Source: Coriobacteriaceae bacterium
GTDB lineage: Bacteria; Actinomycetota; Coriobacteriia; Coriobacteriales; Eggerthellaceae
Assembly (NCBI GenBank): GCA_015062685.1
Contig: SUUE01000002.1
Coordinates: 129,692 to 161,691 of the forward strand
Reading direction: 5' to 3'
DNA length: 32,000 nt
The position numbers and the translations under genes are program-made. Shown here in pieces: positions 23,556-31,282 of the stretch (its first letter is position 1; each line of letters begins with the position of its first letter). The notes beneath the pieces were generated by a model that ran no database searches, was not told the DNA's origin, and was given only the letters and a program-made list of their open reading frames with translations.

Positions 23556-25241
23556 TTACAGCAAGCCCGCCTTGCCCGCGAGGTTGGCTAGCCTCGCCAG
23601 GTCCTCGACGGAATACTCCGTCTGGCCGAGCAAGCTGGACAAGCTCGATAAATCATAGTCCTTAATATAGAGTTCGGTCGTGTCATAACTTGAAATTCCC
23701 GCAAGCGCCGCCGCCTTGTCGCATGCGTCCTCGCGCGTTCCCACGGCATCGGCCAACCCGTTGAGCACGGCGTCGTCGCCTGTGAACGGCATGCCTGTGG
23801 CAATTGCCCTCACCTGCTCCTCGGTCATGTGGCGCCCGTCCATAACCTCTTGGATGAACATGTTGTTGATCTTGTTCACCATGTCCTGGTAATACGCGCG
23901 CTCTTCATCGGTCAGCGGGCGGTACCCGTAGGAAGAGTCCTTGCTTTCAGACGAGGTGATGGTCTCCATCTGCACGCCGAGCATGTCAAGCAGGCCCGAG
24001 ATGTCGGTAAGCTGCATGGCCGTGCCGATCGCGCCGATCTCCGTGGACCGTGCTACGTAGATGTAGTCGGACTGCGCCGAGATCATATACGCCGCGGAAG
24101 CGTTTATTGAGGCGCTCGACACCACGACGGGCTTGCTGAAGTCCTTGAGGTACTCGGACATCTCCTCGCCCGCCGTCGCCGTCCCGCCGCCCGAGTTGAC
24201 GCGGATCACGACGGCCTTGATGTGGCTATCGGCTTCCGCCTCGTCGAGCAGCTGCTTGAAGCCCTCGGGACTGCAGGCAGAACCGTCGTACTGGATGGTC
24301 CCGTCGAGGTCGATGATGGCGACCGTATCGCCAGTCAAGGCCTTGGGGGCAGTAGAGCTGCCGAGCTGAACCATGGCGTCGCTGCATGACTTCACGCAGA
24401 ACGCCGTGAGGGCGAACATGCACACGATGAAGACGATCGCGACGATCCAGCCGCGCGATTTCTTCTGGACGACCGCGGGTTGAACCGGCACGGCGGCCAC
24501 GTAGGGCTGAGCCGGTTGCGCGGCATAATACGCCGCCTGGGGCTGCTGCCCCATGGGCGCGGTCTGATACGCCGCATGCGGCTGCGCCTGCTGAGCTTGC
24601 TGCGCGGGCTGTGCCTGCTGTGCTTGCTGAGCGGGCCGGGCCTGCTGCGCAGCTTGCTGCGTTGGCCAGGCCTGCTGAGCGACCTGCTGAGAGGGTTGCG
24701 CTGCTTGGGACTGTTGCTGAGCGGGCTGCTGCCCCTGCGCCCTCGCCTGCTGCTGAACCGCCTGCTGCCTAACGGCCTGTTGTTGAGCTGCCGCCTGCTG
24801 CTGAGCGGCTTGCTGCTGGACAGCCTGCCCCTGTTGCTGCGAGGCCTTCTGCTGCGCAGGCTGCGCCTGCTGTTGTTGGACTGCCTGCTGCTGCGCCGTC
24901 TGCTGCATCGCTTCCCGCTGCTGCCTGATGGCCCTCTGCTGGGCAGCATGCATCTGCGACTGCTGCCGCATGGCCTGCTGCTGGGCGAGCTGCTGCTTGG
25001 CAAGCTGCTGCTGCGCGGCCTGGGCCGCCTGCTCGGGGGTCTGCGCCTGGGCTTGCTGGGCTTGCTGGGCTTGCTGGGCCTGCTGGGGCTGCTGCGCTTG
25101 CGCGGCGGGTTGGGGCCGAAGCGCTGGCTTGACCTGCAAAGGCTCGGTCGAACGAGGTTGGGATGCCGATTGAGCCAGCTCTGGGAAATAGAACGATTCC
25201 GCCGGTGTCAGCGGGTGCCTATTCTCGTCATTCGTGGTCAT
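23556..25241 (-). CDS. sppA: signal peptide peptidase SppA (36K type, S49 family) with long Gln/Ala-rich cytoplasmic N-terminal domain
   Basis: Track ORF 23556..25262 trimmed to the ATG at 25241 (MTTNDENRHP), which has an ACGGAGA SD. About 210 aa of Q/A-rich low complexity is followed by one TM helix (WIVAIVFIVCMFALTAFCV) and then the S49 domain (AVVIRVNSGGGTATAGEE, SINASAAYMISAQ, TSSESKDSSYGYRPLTDEE). Confidence 0.85.
   Translation of the reverse strand: MTTNDENRHPLTPAESFYFPELAQSASQPRSTEPLQVKPALRPQPAAQAQQPQQAQQAQQAQQAQAQTPEQAAQAAQQQLAKQQLAQQQAMRQQSQMHAAQQRAIRQQREAMQQTAQQQAVQQQQAQPAQQKASQQQGQAVQQQAAQQQAAAQQQAVRQQAVQQQARAQGQQPAQQQSQAAQPSQQVAQQAWPTQQAAQQARPAQQAQQAQPAQQAQQAQPHAAYQTAPMGQQPQAAYYAAQPAQPYVAAVPVQPAVVQKKSRGWIVAIVFIVCMFALTAFCVKSCSDAMVQLGSSTAPKALTGDTVAIIDLDGTIQYDGSACSPEGFKQLLDEAEADSHIKAVVIRVNSGGGTATAGEEMSEYLKDFSKPVVVSSASINASAAYMISAQSDYIYVARSTEIGAIGTAMQLTDISGLLDMLGVQMETITSSESKDSSYGYRPLTDEERAYYQDMVNKINNMFIQEVMDGRHMTEEQVRAIATGMPFTGDDAVLNGLADAVGTREDACDKAAALAGISSYDTTELYIKDYDLSSLSSLLGQTEYSVEDLARLANLAGKAGLL
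25051..25095. repeat. 9-bp in-frame tandem repeat (GCTTGCTGG x3, then GCCTGCTGG and GGCTGCTGC) inside sppA
   Basis: Read directly at 25051-25059, 25060-25068 and 25069-25077 (identical), and at 25078-25086 and 25087-25095 (degenerate). On the minus strand it encodes (QQA)n. Confidence 0.8.
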
Positions 25242-25294
25242 GGAATCTCCGTCCGGTAGCACATTTATTCAACGGAGCATTTTACCTCATGCTC

Positions 25295-25333
25295 AATGAA
25301 ATGGGCCGAGGGGAGGACGCCTCCCCTCGGCCC
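25295..25333 (-). terminator. rho-independent terminator closing the RR-metA-HK-DUF4956 string
   Basis: A perfect 14-bp stem (GGGCCGAGGGGAGG 25303-25316 with CCTCCCCTCGGCCC 25320-25333) and a 3-nt loop. It is followed on the minus strand by ATTTCATT and lies 25 nt after the DUF4956 stop. Confidence 0.7.
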
Positions 25334-25358
25334 ATCATATTCATCGCAGAACTTGACG

Positions 25359-26051
25359 CTAGAGCTGCTCGCGGCGCGCTTTAGGGCTGCCGAGCGATAT
25401 CTTCAGGTTGCCGTTCAAGCACCTCAGCTCATCGATCATGCTCTTCTCGAGGCCGGCTTCCTTCATGGCCACCCGGTACTCGAGCTGATAGAGGCTGCCC
25501 ATGTTGGTGGTGCTCACGTTCTCCAGCTCGTAGCTGCGCGTGTAGCTCTCGAGCACGCCGTCGAACGCCCCCTCGAATTCCAGGTCCTCGGGCGTGGTGA
25601 TCTTGAGCAGCTTGCTCGCCTCGCGCGGCTGGCCGAACGACGTGGTCACGTAGAGGATGTTGAACACGCCCACGACCACGGTGAGGATCGCAGCCACGCC
25701 GATGTAGCCCATGCCCGTGGCCAAGCCGATCGCCATGGCCAAGAACACGCTGCCGATATCCTTCGCGGTGCCCGCGATGGAGCGGAACCTCACGAGGTTG
25801 AAAACGCCCATGACGGCGACGCCGGCTCCCAGGTTCCCGTTCACGAGCGTGATGACCATCTGGACGATGACCGGCAGCAGCGCCAGCGTGATCACGAAAT
25901 TCTTCGAGTAGTCGTGCTTGTACATGTAGATGAGCGCGCCGACGAGGCCGAGCACGATCGACGCGAGCGTGCACCACATGAACCCGGCCGTGGTGACGGT
26001 GGTCATGGCGGATTCGGTCGTACCCAACACCGATGAAAAAAGAATGTCCAT
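25359..26051 (-). CDS. DUF4956 domain-containing membrane protein
   Basis: This is the C-terminal 230 aa of track ORF 25359..26204. It starts at the ATG at 26051 (MDILFSSVLG) behind a GGGAGGGAG SD. About 4 TM helices, including the conserved-looking FNLVRFRSIAGTAKDIGSVFLAMAIGLATG, are followed by a ~85-aa soluble tail. The family call comes from my recollection of the DUF4956 pattern and was not searched. Confidence 0.75.
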   Translation of the reverse strand: MDILFSSVLGTTESAMTTVTTAGFMWCTLASIVLGLVGALIYMYKHDYSKNFVITLALLPVIVQMVITLVNGNLGAGVAVMGVFNLVRFRSIAGTAKDIGSVFLAMAIGLATGMGYIGVAAILTVVVGVFNILYVTTSFGQPREASKLLKITTPEDLEFEGAFDGVLESYTRSYELENVSTTNMGSLYQLEYRVAMKEAGLEKSMIDELRCLNGNLKISLGSPKARREQL

Positions 26052-26133
26052 GTTTGGCTCCCTCCCATTCCATTGCTTCTTTCTGGAACGGAATAGTAAG
26101 AGCCGAACCTTAAGCCATCCTGAAACGCCGGCG

Positions 26134-27486
26134 CTAGACGCAGGGGATCGTGACGGTGAAGGTGGTGCCCTCGGATGCGGAGCTCGCGCACGTGATGTCG
26201 CCATCGTGCTCGCGCGCTATCTCGCGGGCAATCGCCAGGCCGAGGCCGAAGCCGCCCTCCCCCGACGTGCGCGCCTTGTCCGTGCGGTAGAAACGGTCGA
26301 AGATGTGCGGCAGGTCCTCCGGCGCGATGGTCGACCCCGTGTTGCTGATGGCGAGGCTCGCGATGCCGCCCGCGCACGTCAGCTTCACGTCGACCCTCCC
26401 GTGGTCGTCGACGTACTTGAGCGCGTTCTCGATGAGCGTGGAGGCCATCTTTCGAAGCCGCTGCACATCGCCGTCGACCGTGACCCCCTCGACAATCTGA
26501 CCCTCCAGCTCGCAACCGCGCTCGAACGCCACCGACTCGAACTGCAGGACGAGGCCGTCCACGAGATCGCTGAAATCGAGCTCCTCGCGCTGGAGCGCGC
26601 TACGCGACTCGACCTGCGCCAGCTCGAGCATCTCGTTCACGAGCCCCTGCATGTGCTCCGCCTCCACCTGGGTGCTCTCGATCCACTGGCTCTGGCTCGC
26701 TATGCTCGATTCTGGGTGCTTGAGAAGGATCGAGGTGTTTGCCAGCACCACCGTGAGCGGCGTCTTGAGTTCATGCGAGGCGTCCGCCACGAACTGCCGC
26801 TGAGCGGTCCAGGCCTCCTCGACGGGCCTCAGCGCCCACTTCGACAGCATGAGCGACAGGGCGAAGAACACGGCGAGCACCACGATGGCCGCTATGACGA
26901 GGTTCATGGCAAGCGATTGCCACCCCATGGTCGAAGCGGTGTCGGCGAACGCCACGTAGGTCGCGGTCTCGGTGGTGCGCTTCTGGTAGTGAAGGCCCAG
27001 ATCCCCGAGCGTGCCCTGCCCGTCCCCGGCCGCGAGCACGCGGTCCGACGCCTCGGACAGCACGGCCTCGTCGATCTCGGCCGTCGTGAAACCAGAGACG
27101 ATCTGGAGTTCCGATGCTTCCGTGGTCGTTGTCACCTGGTAAACGGCAACGGGCACGATATCGCGCGCGTCGCGGCCCTCGCCGCCGATGCGCGGCCCTT
27201 GGAACTGACCCTCATCCGTGACGGGAAGTTCCTCGCGGGGGCCGGGTTTGCCCGCCTGCCGATCGCCTTTGCCGCCGTTGGACGCGTCATCCCAGGCAGC
27301 GCCATAGTCGAAGCCCTCCGCATTGCCCACGACGACCCGATCGATCGCGTTCGCCATGGCCGCGTCGATGCTCGACATCGTTCGCTGGTACTCGCTTGCG
27401 CAGATGCCCGTGAACACCACGGCCAGCACGAGAGCCACCGACGTCATGACGATGGCGATGAACTTTATACGAAGCTTCTTGAGCAT
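26134..27486 (-). CDS. sensor histidine kinase (two TM segments, ~170-aa extracytoplasmic loop, HisKA + HATPase_c, no obvious HAMP/PAS)
   Basis: 450 aa. TM1 is FIAIVMTSVALVLAVVFTGI and TM2 is LAMNLVIAAIVVLAVFFALSLML. The H-box FVADASHELKTPL lies only ~20 aa after TM2. N, G1 and G2 boxes are present (ENALKY, DRFYR, GGFGLGLAIA). A GGGAGGA SD is present. Confidence 0.9.
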   Translation of the reverse strand: MLKKLRIKFIAIVMTSVALVLAVVFTGICASEYQRTMSSIDAAMANAIDRVVVGNAEGFDYGAAWDDASNGGKGDRQAGKPGPREELPVTDEGQFQGPRIGGEGRDARDIVPVAVYQVTTTTEASELQIVSGFTTAEIDEAVLSEASDRVLAAGDGQGTLGDLGLHYQKRTTETATYVAFADTASTMGWQSLAMNLVIAAIVVLAVFFALSLMLSKWALRPVEEAWTAQRQFVADASHELKTPLTVVLANTSILLKHPESSIASQSQWIESTQVEAEHMQGLVNEMLELAQVESRSALQREELDFSDLVDGLVLQFESVAFERGCELEGQIVEGVTVDGDVQRLRKMASTLIENALKYVDDHGRVDVKLTCAGGIASLAISNTGSTIAPEDLPHIFDRFYRTDKARTSGEGGFGLGLAIAREIAREHDGDITCASSASEGTTFTVTIPCV

Positions 27487-27503
27487 AGGGTCCTCCCGCG
27501 AGC

Positions 27504-28631
27504 CTACCTCCAGGGGTCGGGCTCGAACAGCGGCGGCTCCTCGCGGCGGTCGGAGTACGGGTCGTAGCCGTCGTCATCCTCGTTCATAGCGCGCAAGTAG
27601 GGCGACACGCGCGGCTTCTGGTCGTCGGACTCCCAATGGAGCGGCCTCGTGGCCACCTCCGTCTCGCGCGCATCCACCTCGGCGAGCTCGTCGGATATCT
27701 TGTGCGTCTCCTCGAGGCCGACGCGCCGCACGTCGTACGGCGTGGTCTGGTAGACGTAGTAATTGAGCCAGTTCGTGTACAGCAGCTGAGCATGCGCGCG
27801 CCAATTGGATTTCGGCGGGTTGTCGGGATCGTCTCCCGGGAAGTAATGCCGCGGCACGGCGATCTCGAGGCCCTTGTCCACATCCCTCTCGTACTCCGCG
27901 CCGAGCGTCGCGCGGTCATACTCGGGGTGGCCGAACACGAAGAAGTTCCTGCTGTCGATGCTCTTCGCGGCATACACGCCCGCCTCGTCCGAGAGCGCGA
28001 GGATCTCGAGTTCGGGATGCGCCTCGATATCGCCGATGCGCACTTCCGTGTAACGCGAATGCGGCGCCCAGAACGTGTCGTCGAAGCCGCGCAGCAGCGG
28101 CGAGGTCAATTTGATCTGCCGGTGCTCGAACACGCCGAACTTCTTCTTGCTCAGCGTGTGCTTGGGCACGCCGTAATGGTAGTAGATGCCCGCCTGAGCG
28201 CCCCAGCATATATGGAGCGTGCTATGGACGTTGGTCCGCGTCCACTCCATGATCTCGCAGAGTTCGGGCCAGTAGTCCACCTCCTCGAAGTCGAGGAGCT
28301 CCACCGGAGCCCCGGTGATGATCATGCCGTCGAAGCGCTCGTGGCGCACTTCGTCGAAGGTGCGGTAGAACATCTCGAGGTGCTGCTCGGACACGTTCTT
28401 GTGATCATGGCTCGCCATGTGCATGAGCGTGATCTCGATCTGCAGCGGCGTGTTCGACAGCTTGCGCAGGATCTGCGTCTCGGTCGCGATCTTCGTGGGC
28501 ATGAGGTTGAGCAGCACCACCCTCAGCGGGCGGATGTCCTGATGCATCGCGCGATACTCCGTCATGACGAAGATGTTCTCGCTTGCGAGCAGGTCGGTTG
28601 CGGGCAATGCGTCAGGTATGCGAATGGGCAT
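27504..28631 (-). CDS. metA: homoserine O-acyltransferase MetA, predicted acetyl-specific (Glu at position 111), with ~70-aa C-terminal extension
   Basis: Track ORF 27504..28661 trimmed to the ATG at 28631 ([15 protein letters not shown]). The catalytic triad sits at canonical positions: Cys142 (HICWG) and His235/Glu237 (FGHPE). GAPVE places Glu at residue 111. The protein is 375 aa, against roughly 305-310 aa for typical MetA. Confidence 0.9.
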   Translation of the reverse strand: MPIRIPDALPATDLLASENIFVMTEYRAMHQDIRPLRVVLLNLMPTKIATETQILRKLSNTPLQIEITLMHMASHDHKNVSEQHLEMFYRTFDEVRHERFDGMIITGAPVELLDFEEVDYWPELCEIMEWTRTNVHSTLHICWGAQAGIYYHYGVPKHTLSKKKFGVFEHRQIKLTSPLLRGFDDTFWAPHSRYTEVRIGDIEAHPELEILALSDEAGVYAAKSIDSRNFFVFGHPEYDRATLGAEYERDVDKGLEIAVPRHYFPGDDPDNPPKSNWRAHAQLLYTNWLNYYVYQTTPYDVRRVGLEETHKISDELAEVDARETEVATRPLHWESDDQKPRVSPYLRAMNEDDDGYDPYSDRREEPPLFEPDPWR

Positions 28632-28692
28632 GTTTTCCTCGTTCCACCGTGCCCCGCTCAACGGAATGCGTGTTCTCGCTAGGGGCTTTCTT

Positions 28693-29364
28693 CTAGTTTT
28701 CGACTAAACGATACCCCACACCGCGCACGGTTTCAATCTGAACGCTTGCGACGAGGTGCTTCAACTTCTTCCGGAGGAACGAAATGTACGCCTCGACGTT
28801 GTTGTCCACCGCCGTCGACTCGACCCCCCACACCTTCGCGATGAGGGTGTCCTTCGACACGATCTGATTCCTGTTGGTCATGAGCACCTGCAAGAGCGAG
28901 AACTCCTTGAAGGACAGGTTTATGGACTTGCCCGCACACGAGAGGTCGTGGCTCTCCAGGTTGAGCTTGATATCGCCCACTTCCAAGTTCTCGAAGACCA
29001 CCTGGCCCGTCCTTCGGGTGAGCGCCCGCAGATGCGCGAGGAGCTCCGCCGGGCTGAACGGCTTGGTCATGTAGTCGTCGGCGCCGGAATCGAGGCCCTC
29101 GATCTTGTCGGGTATCTGCGCGCGTGCGGTCAGCATGAGAAGCGGCGTGCTCACGCCCTTCCGGCGCAGCTCCTTGGCTACCTCGAAGCCGTCCATCTTC
29201 GGCAGCATCACGTCGAGGATGATGACGTCGTATATCCCGGATTCCCCGTAATCGAGCCCGGACTTGCCATCGTGCACCATATCGACCTGATAGTCGTTCT
29301 CCTCGAGGATCTTGCCTACGGCCTGCGCGAGGCGAATGTCGTCTTCGACTATAAGTACCTGCAT
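28693..29364 (-). CDS. OmpR/PhoB-family response regulator (REC + winged-helix)
   Basis: Track ORF 28693..29418 trimmed to the ATG at 29364 (MQVLIVEDD). It has the phospho-acceptor region [20 protein letters not shown] and KPF, and a C-terminal winged helix ([12 protein letters not shown]....[11 protein letters not shown]). Confidence 0.92.
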   Translation of the reverse strand: MQVLIVEDDIRLAQAVGKILEENDYQVDMVHDGKSGLDYGESGIYDVIILDVMLPKMDGFEVAKELRRKGVSTPLLMLTARAQIPDKIEGLDSGADDYMTKPFSPAELLAHLRALTRRTGQVVFENLEVGDIKLNLESHDLSCAGKSINLSFKEFSLLQVLMTNRNQIVSKDTLIAKVWGVESTAVDNNVEAYISFLRKKLKHLVASVQIETVRGVGYRLVEN

Positions 29365-29422
29365 GCTCCCCACCTTTCCGTGTGATGAGTCCCATTCTAC
29401 TCGACAAGCTGAATACAACCTT

Positions 29423-29464
29423 AAACCGCGGTTTCAGATTCGGTTCAGGGTAGCCCGCTAACAT
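29423..29464. promoter_or_regulatory. candidate regulator binding sites in the RR / VTC divergent intergenic region
   Basis: A 12-bp perfect palindrome AAACCGCGGTTT lies at 29423-29434 and overlaps a 7-4-7 direct repeat GTTTCAG-ATTC-GGTTCAG at 29431-29448. The repeat ends 10 nt upstream of a TAACAT -10-like hexamer (29459-29464) that faces the VTC gene. Confidence 0.3.
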
Positions 29465-29495
29465 GTTCGCAGCGAAAGGGAGAAGCGGAGGAATC

Positions 29496-30410
29496 ATGGC
29501 TACCGTAAGCGACACGTTCGAGCGCAAGGAGAAGAAGTATCTGATCACGGCCGAGCAGTGCCGTGCCATCAAGGAGGCCCTCGCGCTCCGCATGGAGCTC
29601 GACGACTACGGTGCGTCACGCATCGACAGCCTCTACCTGGACACTCCGGACCGCTCGCTCATATGCAGGTCACTCGAAAAGCCCGTCTACAAGGAAAAGC
29701 TGCGCATCCGCAGCTACGGGGCCTTCTCTGAAGCCGGGAAGGTGTTCGTCGAGATCAAGAAGAAGTTCAAGGGGATCGTCTACAAGCGCCGCGTGGCCAT
29801 GAGCGCCGCCGGCGCCCAAGCGTTCTATTCGGGCGAGCTCTCGTATGAGGAAGCATGCGAGCGCTTCCCCATCGCGGGGTCCGCCCCCTCGACAGCGCTA
29901 TCTCCGGGAAAGGTTCAGATCGCACGCGAGATCGAAGCGTTCCTGAACCGCTATGACGGCCTCGCGCCATCGATGCTCATAAGCTGCATGCGCGAGGCCT
30001 GGCGCCCGATCGACCCCGAAGACGAAGACTGCGTCGATCGCATCACGTTCGACGAGGACATCTGCTACGTCGACCTGATGCAGGACTCGGCGGTGCAAAG
30101 GTGCCGCGTGACGGGGCCCGATCAGGTGGTCATGGAAGTGAAATGCGCGGGCGGCTACCCCGCATGGCTCTGCGAGCTGTTCTCGGAAGTCGGGGCCTAC
30201 CCGCGCTCGTTCTCGAAATACGGCAACGCGTACAAGCGCGTGCTCGCAGGTCAGGGCGCCATCGATATCCGCGATTCCGATTCCGGCAAGGTGTCCATCC
30301 ACCGCATACCCACCGCCCGCGAGCGCGTCGGCAAGCATTCGGGGTCGTTGATCTCGCCTTCGGCCGGCTACGAGCTGGCCACTCCCCTCACCTTCGCCCG
30401 AGCTTCATAA
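29496..30410 (+). CDS. VTC domain-containing protein (triphosphate tunnel metalloenzyme fold, polyphosphate-polymerase-like)
   Basis: Track ORF 29463..30410 trimmed to the ATG at 29496 (MATVSDTFERKEKKYLI) behind a GCGGAGG SD. It shows an alternating basic/acidic beta-strand pattern typical of VTC/CYTH tunnels: FERKEKKY, SLYLDTPD, EKLRIRSY, VFVEIKKKFKGIVYKRR, RITFDEDI, VVMEVKCAGGYPAWL, FSKY. The family call is from pattern recognition and was not searched. Confidence 0.78.
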   Translation: MATVSDTFERKEKKYLITAEQCRAIKEALALRMELDDYGASRIDSLYLDTPDRSLICRSLEKPVYKEKLRIRSYGAFSEAGKVFVEIKKKFKGIVYKRRVAMSAAGAQAFYSGELSYEEACERFPIAGSAPSTALSPGKVQIAREIEAFLNRYDGLAPSMLISCMREAWRPIDPEDEDCVDRITFDEDICYVDLMQDSAVQRCRVTGPDQVVMEVKCAGGYPAWLCELFSEVGAYPRSFSKYGNAYKRVLAGQGAIDIRDSDSGKVSIHRIPTARERVGKHSGSLISPSAGYELATPLTFARAS

Positions 30411-30457
30411 TCACCTCTCCCAAACAGTACAACCACAGTAAGGCTCGGCGTAAAGGA

Positions 30458-30495
30458 AGCCGCATCGGGTTCAACCCGATGCGGCTGTTTCTTCT
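30458..30495. terminator. bidirectional rho-independent terminator between the VTC gene (+) and lrgB (-)
   Basis: A 12-bp perfect stem AGCCGCATCGGG (30458-30469) with CCCGATGCGGCT (30475-30486) and loop ttcaa. It is followed by GTTTCTTCT on the plus strand and TTCCTTTAC on the minus strand. Confidence 0.75.
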
Positions 30496-30529
30496 GCTGC
30501 GCTTCGAAACACTGCGGGATCAGCGCACG

Positions 30530-31279
30530 CTAGCCCTGGAGCACGCAATGAGCGACGATCACGATGATCGTTGTCAAGATGCCCGATACGGCCAGCGCCA
30601 CGCCCGACATCGCGCCCTCGAGCTCACCCATCTCGATCGCCTTGGTGGTGCCCACGGCATGGGAGCACGCGCCGATAGCGACGCCCTTGGCGATGCTGCT
30701 CTTCACGCGGAACACCTTCGCCATGGTGGGCGAGAATATCGCGCCCAGGATGCCCGTGATGATCACGGCGGCCACGGTTATTGAGGTGATGCCTCCCAGC
30801 TCCTGGGATGCCGCGATGGCGATGGGCGTGGTCACCGACTTCGGGACGAACGAGAGCGCCATGTCGTTTCCCAATCCGAGCAGCTTGCATAGGCCGTATG
30901 CGCTGACCATCGACACGACTGACCCCACGAGGCACCCCGCCACGATGGGAACGAAATGCTCCTTCAGTATCTGGCGCTGCTTGTAGACGGAATATGCGAG
31001 GGCCACCGTTGCCGGCCCGAGCAGGAACGAGAAGAGCGAGACGCTCTCCTCGTAGGATTCGAGCGGGATGTTGAAGGCCGATAGCGCGAGCATGAGCCCG
31101 ATGAGCGTGACGAGGAGCGGGTTCAGCAATGGCGTCTTCACCTTTTTGTATAGCAGCACGCAGAGCTCGAACACGGCGATCGAAGCGAGCGAGCCGCCGA
31201 GGAGCACGAGCACGAAATGCGCATCGGGCATGACGATGTCGAGCACGCCGTTGGGCGCTAGGAAGAAGGGGATCTGCAT
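30530..31279 (-). CDS. lrgB: LrgB/CidB family membrane protein
   Basis: 249-aa polytopic protein with LLGPATVALA, PKSVTTPIA, and G.CSHAVGT..A.E.GE.EGAMS motifs typical of LrgB. The start is 3 nt after the lrgA stop. Confidence 0.88.
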   Translation of the reverse strand: MQIPFFLAPNGVLDIVMPDAHFVLVLLGGSLASIAVFELCVLLYKKVKTPLLNPLLVTLIGLMLALSAFNIPLESYEESVSLFSFLLGPATVALAYSVYKQRQILKEHFVPIVAGCLVGSVVSMVSAYGLCKLLGLGNDMALSFVPKSVTTPIAIAASQELGGITSITVAAVIITGILGAIFSPTMAKVFRVKSSIAKGVAIGACSHAVGTTKAIEMGELEGAMSGVALAVSGILTTIIVIVAHCVLQG

Positions 31280-31282
31280 GCT

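Noticed and set aside
24477-25115. Repetitive CTGCTG/CTGGGC DNA considered as a CRISPR array or non-coding satellite
   Set aside because: There is no repeat-spacer periodicity. The region is in frame within a long ORF continuous with an SppA TM helix and protease domain. The repeats are codon-level (Gln/Ala) repeats.
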